32,000 nt of DNA, taken from positions 240,001 through 272,000 of the forward strand of contig NZ_CP019384.1 in assembly GCF_004102945.1 (NCBI RefSeq). Direction: 5' to 3'. Within the stretch, counting starts at the first letter, position 1, and each line of letters opens with the position of its first letter. This document shows, piece after piece, positions 24,375-30,969 of this stretch. This stretch comes from Candidatus Velamenicoccus archaeovorus. Lineage in GTDB: Bacteria; Omnitrophota; Gorgyraeia; Velamenicoccales; Velamenicoccaceae. The position numbers and the translations under genes were made by a program. Under the pieces are notes generated by a model, which searched no databases, was not told the DNA's origin, and saw only the letters and a program-made list of their open reading frames with translations.

Positions 24375-26267
24375 ATGCATAAGAAAATATTTTCCATCGC
24401 CATACTGGTTTTTTTCTGCTTGTGTTTCGAATTTTCCCTCGATGCCGCGCAAGATGCCGGGTCTTCTCCTAATGACCCTTCGGCCGCGCCCGTGAAGATA
24501 TACATCTCTTCCTACGCTACCAATAAAAAGAACGAGAGAGGCCTTTTTACGACGGATTTCATCGTGCCCCTGTATTATTCTTCGGGCAAGGATACGCTTT
24601 TTTTCTTTGATCCCAAATATACCGCAACTACGCCTGAGGCGAATGAAATCAACCAGGGTCTCGGCCTGCGCCACATCTTTAACGATTCTTTCATTTTGGG
24701 GGTAAACGTCTTTTTCGACCGCCGGCAGTCCCATGCCGGCAAATGGTATTCCCAGGCAGGCCTCGGCCTCGAATATCTTTCTTATCCTCTGGACATCCGC
24801 CTGAATTGGTATAAGCCGTTGACAGCGGCCAAGGTGGTGGACGACGGTTATGCGTTCGGCTCGACCAGCCTGCAGTATTGGGAAAACAAGGAAGAGCCCT
24901 TGCAGGGCCTTGATTTTGAATTGGGAGGCCCTGTCTTTGACAGGTGCACCAGGACGAGGGCCTATGTCGGCGGGTTCTTCTATCAGTCCAGGCTTGCCAA
25001 GGATGTCAATGGTTTCAGGTTCCGCACTGAGACGAGCCTCACTCCCTGGTTCAGCCTTGACACCATTGTCGATGCCAAGGCTGGCGGCAAGGTCGAGTTT
25101 ATGGGCGGGGTGAGGTTCATCTTTCCGTTCGATTGGGGCAACATTTCTAAGGGCAAGCGGCGGATCGCGGCTCCGGCCACAGCCAACAGCTATGTGGAAG
25201 ACCGCATCTTCGAGAGGGTGGTCAGGGATCTGGACATACAATCCGCCACTTCAAAAAAGCAGGAAGATGTCAGCGGCATGGAGACTATATTCGCGGACAA
25301 CTCCAACACCTCAGGTACTGAGGACGGCACCCTCGCTTGTCCCTGGAACACGCTGGATGAGGCCTTGAACGATTCCCGCTATGTGGGCCAAGGCGGAACA
25401 GCCAAGGTCATTTATGTCGCCCAGGGCGACGGCACAGCCGCCGGTTATACAGGCAACTATGTGCTGGCCGACGACACGACGCTCTGGGGAAGTGGTTACG
25501 ACGGAGGCTATAAGGGGATCAGCGCCCCCGGTTATCCTGTTATTGACGGAGGAGGCGCGGGGAACGTCGTGACCCTCGGCCACACCAATGTCCTGATGGG
25601 CGTCAGGATACAGAACGGTTATTATGGCGTCTATGCGGAGTCGGTGTCGGTGACCATAAAAAACAATGTTTTTACGGACAACGTTTCCAACGGCATCGAT
25701 ATCAAAACCTATACGGGTTCCCCTGCGTGCGAGATCTCGTCGAATACGGCGACCGGCAATGGTTATGGGATTTATCTGCGTTCCTACAATTCCAGCGCTC
25801 CGTCTTATACGGTATCGGCAAATACGGTGACGGACAACACGAATAACGGCATCGTTCTGCAATCTTTTGATTCCAGCGCCATCACGTCCTCGGTCTCGGG
25901 CAATACCATGTCGGATAACGGCAGCGGCGCCGCTAACCATAACGGCCTGAGCCTTCTTGCCAAGGACGGCACGACCCTCAATATCTCGGTTTACCGCAAC
26001 ATCATCAGCAGCAACGATCCCGTCGGCGTCCGCATCGGTTCGACGGTGGCGAACTATAACGGAACGTATAACGTCGATTTTGGCGGAGGCTCTCTCGGCT
26101 CCGAAGGGCTCAACTCCATCTACAGCAATGTCCTTTATGATTATAATAACCTTCAGGCCTCGACGATCTCCGCGCAATCCAACTGGTGGGGGACAGCAGA
26201 CCCTCAGGCGTCTCAATTCAACGGCGCCGTGGACTACTCCCACTGGCTCGTCTCAGACCCGAATTAG
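24375..26267 (+). CDS. Inverse autotransporter (intimin/invasin-type beta-barrel) with a right-handed parallel beta-helix passenger
   Basis: Signal peptide is IAILVFFCLCFEFSLDAAQ. The barrel region aligns by eye with the intimin barrel (NQGLGLRHIF..ILGVNVFFDRR..AGLGLEYLSYPLDIRLNWYKPL..PLQGLDFELGG..GGVRFIFPFD..RIFERVVRDLDIQ). The passenger has PbH1-like repeats (NNVFTDNVSNGIDI, ISSNTATGNGYGIYL, VSANTVTDNTNNGIVL, VSGNTMSDNG) and a terminal NWWGTADPQ motif. Confidence 0.7.
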   Translation: MHKKIFSIAILVFFCLCFEFSLDAAQDAGSSPNDPSAAPVKIYISSYATNKKNERGLFTTDFIVPLYYSSGKDTLFFFDPKYTATTPEANEINQGLGLRHIFNDSFILGVNVFFDRRQSHAGKWYSQAGLGLEYLSYPLDIRLNWYKPLTAAKVVDDGYAFGSTSLQYWENKEEPLQGLDFELGGPVFDRCTRTRAYVGGFFYQSRLAKDVNGFRFRTETSLTPWFSLDTIVDAKAGGKVEFMGGVRFIFPFDWGNISKGKRRIAAPATANSYVEDRIFERVVRDLDIQSATSKKQEDVSGMETIFADNSNTSGTEDGTLACPWNTLDEALNDSRYVGQGGTAKVIYVAQGDGTAAGYTGNYVLADDTTLWGSGYDGGYKGISAPGYPVIDGGGAGNVVTLGHTNVLMGVRIQNGYYGVYAESVSVTIKNNVFTDNVSNGIDIKTYTGSPACEISSNTATGNGYGIYLRSYNSSAPSYTVSANTVTDNTNNGIVLQSFDSSAITSSVSGNTMSDNGSGAANHNGLSLLAKDGTTLNISVYRNIISSNDPVGVRIGSTVANYNGTYNVDFGGGSLGSEGLNSIYSNVLYDYNNLQASTISAQSNWWGTADPQASQFNGAVDYSHWLVSDPN

Positions 26268-26283
26268 CCGAATTTTCCTTGAT

Positions 26284-26352
26284 TGATCGAAGCCGAGCTT
26301 CAATCAAAATTCGTATGGAAAGCCCCTGATTGAAGCTCGGCTTCGATCAGTT
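26284..26352. repeat. Inverted pair of REP-like units (copies B and C; BIME-like), possible terminator of the inverse autotransporter gene
   Basis: TGATCGAAGCCGAGCTTCAATCA (26284-26306) is the exact reverse complement of TGATTGAAGCTCGGCTTCGATCA (26327-26349). The spacer is 20 nt. Confidence 0.85.
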
Positions 26353-26414
26353 TGTTGCGTCGTCCTTATGTTTTCACGTATTTTATGCATTTGCTTATTC
26401 GCCAACCCGTTTAT

Positions 26415-26459
26415 CCCGTTAGAGAACTTCGTTCTCTAACGGGATTTATCCGCTAAGTG
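26415..26459 (+). repeat. Hairpin-plus-tail repeat, copy 1
   Basis: CCCGTTAGAGAAC - TTC - GTTCTCTAACGGG (13-bp perfect stem), followed by ATTTATCCGCTAAGTG. It is about 85 percent identical to 29242-29287. Confidence 0.8.
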
Positions 26460-26490
26460 TTTTTCTATTAGCCATTCGTGATACGTCCTA

Positions 26491-26499
26491 TGCTATAAT
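26491..26499 (+). promoter_or_regulatory. Extended -10 promoter element (TGcTATAAT) 6 nt upstream of the GT2 start codon
   Basis: TGCTATAAT is at 26491-26499 and the ATG at 26506. There is no SD and no alternative in-frame start after the stop at 26479. Confidence 0.55.
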
Positions 26500-26505
26500 A
26501 CCCCT

Positions 26506-27231
26506 ATGTCTGCCCTCCAACTTGAAATCTTACTGCCTGTCTATAACGAATCCGACATATTGGAAGAGAATGTGGGGAGGGTGGTGAGATATCTTGACGC
26601 CGAGAAGAAGTGGGATTATAGGCTGATGATCGTTGATAATGGTTCGACGGACAGGACGCCGGAGGTTTCAAAAGCGGTTTGCGGAAAGTTCGCGGGACGG
26701 GTGGGGATGCTGCGGCTGGATGCGAAAGGCCGGGGCAGGGCCTTGAGATACGGCCTCCTGCAGTCAAAAGCGCAGATCGTCGGATACATGGACATAGATT
26801 TGTCGGGCGACCTGCGGGCTTTTGATGAGCTCTATGCCGCTATCGCGGAGGGCTGCGATATCGCCGTCGGTACGCGCCTGGCTCGAGGGTCTTGCGTGAC
26901 GCGTTCGCCTTTCAGGAAAGCCCTGTCATGCGGTTATAATGTGCTGGTCAAAAAAATATTGAAGATCGACGTTAGCGACGCGCAGTGCGGTTTTAAGCTT
27001 GTGCGCCGCGGCCCGGTGCTTGGCATTTTGCCTTTTGTCAAAAGCGATCACTGGTGTTTTGATACGGAATTGTTGTTTTTTGCCTTGAAAAAGGGGCTCA
27101 AGGTCAAAGAGGTTCCTTTGTCGTGGCAGGAGAGGGACAAGGGAAGAAGCACGGTCAGGATCGTCCCTTATGTGTTTGAAGGGCTTGGGACGGTGATAAG
27201 ATTGGCGATGTCCGCCAACTCTTTCCGTTGA
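26506..27231 (+). CDS. Family 2 glycosyltransferase (DPM1/ALG5/Ppm1-like polyprenyl-phosphate glycosyltransferase-like, soluble)
   Basis: LEILLPVYNESDIL, MIVDNGSTDRT, DxD-like YMDIDLS, and QCGFKL. No predicted TM segment. Confidence 0.85.
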   Translation: MSALQLEILLPVYNESDILEENVGRVVRYLDAEKKWDYRLMIVDNGSTDRTPEVSKAVCGKFAGRVGMLRLDAKGRGRALRYGLLQSKAQIVGYMDIDLSGDLRAFDELYAAIAEGCDIAVGTRLARGSCVTRSPFRKALSCGYNVLVKKILKIDVSDAQCGFKLVRRGPVLGILPFVKSDHWCFDTELLFFALKKGLKVKEVPLSWQERDKGRSTVRIVPYVFEGLGTVIRLAMSANSFR

Positions 27232-27264
27232 AAGATTCGCGTAGTTGAAGTAAGATAAGATGCT

Positions 27265-27654
27265 ATGGATACGGTCCCCAAAAAAGATGGAAGCGAACGC
27301 CGCAGGGCCAGGCGCGTTTATGCGAGTTTTGTTGAATATTGCCGCACGGAAGGCGCCCCTGAACAGAAGTACCAGGCCTTCGCGGAGAATGTCAGCGCGA
27401 CGGGGATCTGCATCTTTGTGAATGAAGAGATCAAGCCGAACATCATCCTGTCGATAACGGTTTTTCTCCTGGACGGCAGCAATCCTATTGAAGTCAAGGG
27501 GAGGGTCGTGTGGGTGCGGCCTTCGGTCTTTGTGATGGCCAAGGACAGGAAGCATTATGATGTCGGTGTCGATTTTGTCGAGATATCCGACGAAGACCGC
27601 GAAAGACTCCTCTACTATACCTCGAAATATTCCCACGAAATACCGCCGTCGTAA
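27265..27654 (+). CDS. Stand-alone PilZ domain protein (putative c-di-GMP receptor)
   Basis: 129 aa. RRxxxR motif in ERRRARRVY and [D/N]xSxxG motif in ENVSATG, followed by beta-barrel-like strands (ILSITVFL, VKGRVVWV, YDVGVDFVEI). Confidence 0.8.
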   Translation: MDTVPKKDGSERRRARRVYASFVEYCRTEGAPEQKYQAFAENVSATGICIFVNEEIKPNIILSITVFLLDGSNPIEVKGRVVWVRPSVFVMAKDRKHYDVGVDFVEISDEDRERLLYYTSKYSHEIPPS

Positions 27655-27720
27655 AAACTGGCCGGAACATTTTTTGCGGCATGCTTTTTGCCGCATGGCC
27701 GCTTTCGGAGGTCTGAGAAG

Positions 27721-28107
27721 ATGAACGAATCCCACGAGAGCATTTTTAACAGGCTGAAAGGTTCGCATTTCCGCAGCCACTTCCGTCTTAAGGACGCCGA
27801 CGTCACCTATATCGAAGAGAAAGGGATCGAGACGATCCGCAGGCACGCCTGTGAGTTTATCGCGGCGCGCATCGCGCCGCGCAGCCCCGCCGATGACGGC
27901 CGCCAGACGCCTTTTTCCGGGCACCCTGTGTTCGTCGCCCAGCATGCCACGGGGACCTGCTGCCGTTCCTGCCTTGAGAAGTGGCACAAGATACGGCAGG
28001 GGATCATGCTGAATGAAGAGCACCAGGATTTTATCGTCAAGCTCATCATGGCGTGGATCGAAAAAGAAAGGACAGCGGGCGCCTTGCGGGTGAAAGAAGA
28101 GAAATGA
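27721..28107 (+). CDS. DUF4186 family protein
   Basis: HPVFVAQHATGTCCRSCLEKWH matches the FVAQHAT...CC..C signature I associate with DUF4186. GGAGG SD lies before ATG 27721. Confidence 0.7.
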   Translation: MNESHESIFNRLKGSHFRSHFRLKDADVTYIEEKGIETIRRHACEFIAARIAPRSPADDGRQTPFSGHPVFVAQHATGTCCRSCLEKWHKIRQGIMLNEEHQDFIVKLIMAWIEKERTAGALRVKEEK

Positions 28108-29231
28108 AATCCAAGGTTTATCTGGCCCCCATAGCGGAGGACGCGCGCCATGCCAGGCAGGCGGCGCTTGTGAAGGTGCTCGATGCCCTGCGGCCGGCGA
28201 TGCAATATGACGAGGGTGCGTTTGTTCCCATCAAGCTGACTATCGGCGACAGCGCCTGTGTGCACCACATGCCGCCTGAGCTCGTCCGGCTCGTCGTGGA
28301 GGTCATCCGCGCGCAAGGCGCCAGGCCGTTCCTGTTCGACACGAGCGTCATCTATCACGGCTCGCGCCAGAATGCCGTGGACCACATGGGTCTCGCGTAT
28401 AAAAAGGGGTTCCATCAAGCGGCTGTGGGCGCGCCTTTTATCGTGGCCGACGGGCTCCTGGGCCACGACGGCCGGGAGTATGAGATCAATGCCGCGCACA
28501 TCAAGAAGATCCGCGTGCCGTCGTTCGTGGGGATCCTGGAAAACCTTGTCGTCCTGTCGCATGCCACAGGCCATGTCTTCAGCGGCTATGCGGGCGCGAT
28601 CAAGAATGTGGCCATGGGCATGAGCTGTCGGCCCACAAAACAGGTCCAACACTCGTCCCTGAAGCCGTCCATTGCCGAAGAGAAGTGCACGGCGTGCGGC
28701 GCCTGTATCCGCTCATGCCCCGTCAACGCGATCGTCTTTGGGCCAAAGCGGCACCGAAGCCCGGGGCTTGGGCATCCGCCTTTTGCCGCCCTGGCCGGAA
28801 GCCGAGACGGCAAAAGGACGGAAAGGGCCATCATTGACACCAAGAAATGCATCGGCTGCGGGGAGTGTCTGTGCGCCTGCAGGTTTGAGGCGGTGCTGGT
28901 GAACTGGGATGAAGAAATGGACGTCTTCTGCAGCCGCATGGTCGAGGCTGCTGCCGGGATCCTGTCGCGTTTTAAGAAGAAAGTTTTCATCACGTTTGCT
29001 TTTGGGATCACTCAGGACTGCGATTGCATCTCGACGAAAGACGATAAGCTCATCAGCCCCGACATCGGCATTTTGGCGTCGCAAGACCCCCTCGCTTTAG
29101 ATCAGGCGACGACCGACTTGATGAAGGACGCGTTTGGTTTCTTGAAACAACATCAGGCGTATCGCGGGATGTTCCGGTATGCCCAAAAGACAGGATTGGG
29201 AAGCCTGGAATATGAGCTTGAGAAAATATAA
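28104..29231 (+). CDS. DUF362 domain protein with embedded 2x[4Fe-4S] ferredoxin module
   Basis: ATGA overlap with the DUF4186 stop. N-terminal DUF362-like region (VPIKLTIGD, FLFDTSVIY, VLSHATGH). Two cluster motifs, CTACGACIRSCP and CIGCGECLCACR, are separated by an unusually long linker of about 35 aa. Confidence 0.75.
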   Translation: MKSKVYLAPIAEDARHARQAALVKVLDALRPAMQYDEGAFVPIKLTIGDSACVHHMPPELVRLVVEVIRAQGARPFLFDTSVIYHGSRQNAVDHMGLAYKKGFHQAAVGAPFIVADGLLGHDGREYEINAAHIKKIRVPSFVGILENLVVLSHATGHVFSGYAGAIKNVAMGMSCRPTKQVQHSSLKPSIAEEKCTACGACIRSCPVNAIVFGPKRHRSPGLGHPPFAALAGSRDGKRTERAIIDTKKCIGCGECLCACRFEAVLVNWDEEMDVFCSRMVEAAAGILSRFKKKVFITFAFGITQDCDCISTKDDKLISPDIGILASQDPLALDQATTDLMKDAFGFLKQHQAYRGMFRYAQKTGLGSLEYELEKI

Positions 29232-29241
29232 GATAAGTAAA

Positions 29242-29287
29242 CCCCGTTAGAAAACTCGTTCTCTAACGGGGCCTATCCGCTAACTTG
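29242..29287 (+). repeat. Hairpin-plus-tail repeat, copy 2
   Basis: CCCCGTTAGAAAAC - TC - GTTCTCTAACGGGG (13 of 14 bp paired), followed by CCTATCCGCTAACTTG. It starts 11 nt after the DUF362 stop and ends 4 nt before the macro-domain ATG. Confidence 0.8.
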
Positions 29288-29290
29288 TAT

Positions 29291-29794
29291 ATGATCATAA
29301 TCAAGCTCGGCGATATTACCCAAGAAGACGTGGAGGTGATCGTTAATGCCGCCAATACCGGCCTGCGCGGTGGCGGGGGCGTGGACGGCGCGATCCACAG
29401 GGCCGCAGGCCCGACGGTGATGGAGGAGTGTCGTAAGATCGGCGGTTGCCCCACGGGCGAAGCGGTCATCACGAATGCCGGAAACCTCAAGGCCAAAAAG
29501 ATCATCCATACGGCGGGGCCGGTGTGGCATGGAGGCAGGGAGAATGAGGCCGGGCTCCTGCGCAATTGTTACCGCAACTGTTTTCTCCTTGCCAAGAAAA
29601 ACCTTTTGGAAACAATCGCGTTCCCCGCTATCAGTACGGGCGTTTACGGATATCCCATCGAAGGGGCGGCGCGGATCGCTTTGTCTGTCGGCAGGGAATT
29701 CGAGAGGGATTTTGGGGAAATCCGCTACGTGTGTTTTTCGCAGAGAGATTACGACATTTATCAGAGGATTTGGAGAGAGATAGCGCATGCCTGA
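29291..29794 (+). CDS. ymdB: Macro domain protein, YmdB-type O-acetyl-ADP-ribose deacetylase
   Basis: GDITQEDVEVIVNAANTGLRGGGGVDGAIHRAAGP, CPTGEAVIT, HTAGPVW and AFPAISTGVYGYP align closely with E. coli YmdB as I recall it. Confidence 0.88.
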   Translation: MIIIKLGDITQEDVEVIVNAANTGLRGGGGVDGAIHRAAGPTVMEECRKIGGCPTGEAVITNAGNLKAKKIIHTAGPVWHGGRENEAGLLRNCYRNCFLLAKKNLLETIAFPAISTGVYGYPIEGAARIALSVGREFERDFGEIRYVCFSQRDYDIYQRIWREIAHA

Positions 29795-29801
29795 TTGCGC
29801 G

Positions 29802-30950
29802 TTAACCGAGGAATTCCGCTATTTCTTCCGCCGCCCGCTGGCAGGCGCCGGGGATGCCGAGGGTGTTCTTGAGGGCGTAGAGCTCCGCGTGGATCTTTTC
29901 CATTTTCTGCTTGTCGCCGAGAATGGCCAGGACGGTTGAGGCGATCTTTCTGGGTGTTGCGTCAAACTGCACCAGTTCAGGCACGATCTTTTCTCCCGCC
30001 ACCACATTCACCAAGCCTATATAGGGGATCTTGATGAGGAGCCTGGCCAAAAACCAGGTCAATAGCGACGTCTTGTAGACGATGACCATCGGTTTATTGA
30101 GGATGGCCGTCTCGAGGGTCGCCGTTCCCGATGCGACAATGGCAAAGTCCGAGGCCTCCAGGCCGTTGTAGGTTTCGTTCTCCATGACCTTATACGGGAA
30201 GTCTATATTGGCCGCATCGATCAGGTCTTTGACGATCTGACGTGGGATTGTCGGAGCGCGGCAGATGAGGAATTGCGCCTGCGGTTCTTTGCGGAAGATG
30301 ATCTGCGCGCTTTTAAGCATGACAGGGAGGAGTTGTGTGACCTCTTTCATGCGCGAGCCCGGCAGGAGGGCGATGGTCCGGCCGGTCCGGCGCAGGCCGA
30401 ATTCGTCCAGAAGCTCTTGCGCCGATTTCGTCGGTTTGATCGCGTCGAGGAGAGGGTGGCCCACGAACCTGACCTTGAAACCTCCCTCGACATGGCCGCC
30501 GTAAAGGATCTCTTCGAACTTGAAGAGCACCAGCATCAGGTCGATGTGGCTGCGGATGAAGTCCACACGTTTTTTGCCCCACGCCCAGACCTGCGGGCTG
30601 ATGAAGTAGATGATCTTGATGCCCCGTTTCTTGAGCTCCGCCGCGAGCTTCAGGTTGAAGCCCGGATAGTCGACCAGGATCGCCGCGTCAGGCCTGACGG
30701 CATCTGTTTTTTTAAGAACGTCATAGAATATCCTGCGGAATTTCCAGTAGTTCTTGAGGATCTCGAAGAACCCCACGACCGCCAGTTTCGTCAGGTCCGT
30801 CATGATCTCGGCGCCGGCATTCTTGAGCTTTTCGCCGCCCAGGCCGAAGGCGTAGAGGTCGGGATACTGTTTTTTGAGCTCTAAAAGGAGGTTCGAGGCG
30901 TGAAGGTCTCCGGATGCTTCCCCGGCGATGATCAGGATTTTTTTAGGCAT
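29802..30950 (-). CDS. lpxB: Lipid-A-disaccharide synthase LpxB
   Basis: Starts MPKKILIIAGEASGDLHASNLL; also YFISPQVWAWGKKR, LLPGSR and ASGTATLE. ATG 30950 is chosen; the 31022 start adds an R/S-rich non-homologous leader. Confidence 0.9.
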   Translation of the reverse strand: MPKKILIIAGEASGDLHASNLLLELKKQYPDLYAFGLGGEKLKNAGAEIMTDLTKLAVVGFFEILKNYWKFRRIFYDVLKKTDAVRPDAAILVDYPGFNLKLAAELKKRGIKIIYFISPQVWAWGKKRVDFIRSHIDLMLVLFKFEEILYGGHVEGGFKVRFVGHPLLDAIKPTKSAQELLDEFGLRRTGRTIALLPGSRMKEVTQLLPVMLKSAQIIFRKEPQAQFLICRAPTIPRQIVKDLIDAANIDFPYKVMENETYNGLEASDFAIVASGTATLETAILNKPMVIVYKTSLLTWFLARLLIKIPYIGLVNVVAGEKIVPELVQFDATPRKIASTVLAILGDKQKMEKIHAELYALKNTLGIPGACQRAAEEIAEFLG

Positions 30951-30969
30951 GGTTTCTGTCGCGAGTGTT

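Noticed and set aside
24237-26243. Minus-strand ORFs 24237-25241 (334 aa) and 25311-26243 (310 aa) opposite the inverse autotransporter gene.
   Set aside because: These are antisense artefacts. The plus-strand frame has a signal peptide, a barrel signature and regular beta-helix repeats.
26284-26352. The inverted repeat after the autotransporter gene considered as an integron attC site (with 22713 as a second site), i.e. a gene cassette.
   Set aside because: It lacks the RYYYAAC / GTTRRRY core sites (the right end reads GTTTGTT). The stem is perfect, without the extrahelical bases typical of attC. No integron integrase or cassette array is present. A REP/BIME-like interpretation fits better.
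26926-28652. Minus-strand ORFs 26926-28023 (365 aa) and 27807-28652 (281 aa) opposite GT2, PilZ, DUF4186 and DUF362.
   Set aside because: They span several independently supported plus-strand genes and the intergenic gaps between them. They are R/A/G/L-rich with no motifs.
22231-29800. An intact integrative element or prophage at tRNA-Lys.
   Set aside because: No integrase, excisionase, transposase, phage or conjugation genes are present. Only short tRNA-derived fragments and extragenic repeats support mobility, so at most this is a decayed junction (reported as a finding at moderate interest).
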